Shown in pieces: positions 23,269 through 24,000 of a stretch of 24,000 bases of DNA. Under the pieces are notes generated by a model. The model saw only the letters and a list, made by a program, of their open reading frames with translations. It was not told the origin of the DNA and did not search any database. The stretch is from an uncultured Alphaproteobacteria bacterium (GTDB lineage: Bacteria > Pseudomonadota > Alphaproteobacteria > Rhizobiales > Afifellaceae), in assembly GCA_963792885.1 (NCBI GenBank), contig CAWBXX010000001.1, forward strand, positions 105,298 through 129,297, given 5' to 3'. The number at the start of each line of letters is the position of its first letter. The stretch's first letter is position 1. Both the position numbers and the translations under genes were made by a program.

Positions 23269-24000
23269 ATGCGTACTGAGACCCCTCCCCTCATCCGCCT
23301 CGAAGACTACAGGCCGACCGAGTATCTGATCGAGGCGGTCGACCTCGATTTCCAGCTTAAGCCCGACGCGACACGCGTCACTTCTCTCCTCTCCATCCGC
23401 CCCCGCGAAGAGACACCGGCCCATACGCCGCTCGTGCTCGACGGCGACGGTCTTGTCCTTGAGGACATCCGGCTCGATGGGAAGCCGCTCGCGAGCGACG
23501 CCTACGAGGTGACCGCCGAGCGGCTGACGCTCCACACGCCCCCGGCGGGTCCCTTCAAGCTTGAGATCGTCACGAACCTGAATCCGTCCGCGAACAGCGC
23601 TCTGATGGGGCTCTATCTCTCGAACGGCGTCTACACGACGCAGTGCGAGGCGGAGGGCTTCCGCCGCATCACCTATTTTCTCGACCGGCCTGACGTGCTC
23701 GCTGTCTACACGACGCGGATCGAGGCGGAGGCGAGCGAGGCGCCGATCCTCCTGTCCAACGGCAATCCAGTCGAATCCGGCCCGGTCGACGGCACGAGCC
23801 GACACTTCGCCATCTGGTACGATCCGTTTCCGAAGCCGTCTTACCTCTTCGCGCTGGTCGCTGGGGCGCTCGCCTCGATCCACGACACGTTCGAGACCCG
23901 CTCCGGCCGGATCGTCGAGCTCGGCATCTATTGTGAGCCCGGCAAGGAGGAGCGCTGCCGCTACGCGATGGATGCGCTGAAGCGCTCCATGCGCTGGGAC
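23269..24000 (+). CDS. pepN: Aminopeptidase N, N-terminal part (continues beyond the window)
   Basis: Absent from the track because there is no stop in the window. My translation from ATG 23269 (AGGAG 5 nt upstream) gives MRTETPPLIRLEDYRPTEYLIEAVDLDFQLKPDATRV...ALMGLYLSNGVYTTQCEAEGFRRITYFLDRPDVLAVYTTRIEA...FAIWYDPFPKPSYLFALVAG, a typical PepN N-terminus. Confidence 0.93.
   Translation, partial: MRTETPPLIRLEDYRPTEYLIEAVDLDFQLKPDATRVTSLLSIRPREETPAHTPLVLDGDGLVLEDIRLDGKPLASDAYEVTAERLTLHTPPAGPFKLEIVTNLNPSANSALMGLYLSNGVYTTQCEAEGFRRITYFLDRPDVLAVYTTRIEAEASEAPILLSNGNPVESGPVDGTSRHFAIWYDPFPKPSYLFALVAGALASIHDTFETRSGRIVELGIYCEPGKEERCRYAMDALKRSMRWD

Noticed and set aside
20309-23883. ORFs 20309..21469 + (386 aa), 20370..21134 + and 22927..23883 - (318 aa)
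   Set aside because: They are shadows of the ZnuA-like and Nudix genes and of the DUF1127 and pepN genes respectively. No motifs, and the composition is biased.
1-24000. CRISPR arrays, tRNA/rRNA genes, IS elements, integrases, toxin-antitoxin or known defence systems
   Set aside because: I saw no regularly spaced direct repeats with spacers, no transposase or integrase-like ORFs, and no terminal inverted repeats. The intergenic gaps are short (at most about 255 bp). The GGGTTCGCTCGAAC string near 18790 does not sit in a tRNA-like cloverleaf context. This was a visual scan only, not a covariance-model search.

Overview
This is a high-GC chromosomal segment with alphaproteobacterial (Rhizobiales-like) gene content; I cannot verify the taxon from sequence alone. 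I found no rRNA, tRNA, CRISPR array, transposase, integrase or recognisable defence genes.

Genes in order:
- A polyamine-family ABC importer on the minus strand: SBP, ATPase and a partial permease.
- A haem cluster on the plus strand: cytochrome b561, di-haem cytochrome c (DHC) and an SHP-like cytochrome, currently one open frame, followed by a second DHC.
- A trypsin-like serine protease.
- A dimethylglycine/sarcosine-dehydrogenase-family flavoenzyme.
- A PfkB sugar kinase, MprF and FolD.
- A large GT-C-like membrane protein and a cyclophilin-like protein.
- An OmpR-type two-component system placed divergently from two uncharacterised haem-c proteins (one periplasmic, one 4-TM membrane).
- A DUF1328 mini-protein, an orphan ZnuA/TroA-like binding protein with altered metal ligands, and a Nudix hydrolase.
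- A LysR regulator divergent from a DUF1127 protein, then the 5' part of pepN.

Main observations:
1. Five genes carry seven reading-frame breaks. By my hand translation all seven run in the same +1 direction, and three of the five genes encode c-type cytochromes.
2. One of these breaks converts a GTGA-coupled DHC/SHP gene pair into a three-module fusion ORF.
3. A phased 11-bp array of GCTGACA heptamers with Pho-box-like architecture lies between the ABC operon and the haem cluster.
4. A lower-GC island at about 16.4-19.8 kb couples a two-component system to two uncharacterised haem proteins.

The many long Arg/Pro/Gly-rich ORFs in the six-frame track are antisense shadows of real genes.
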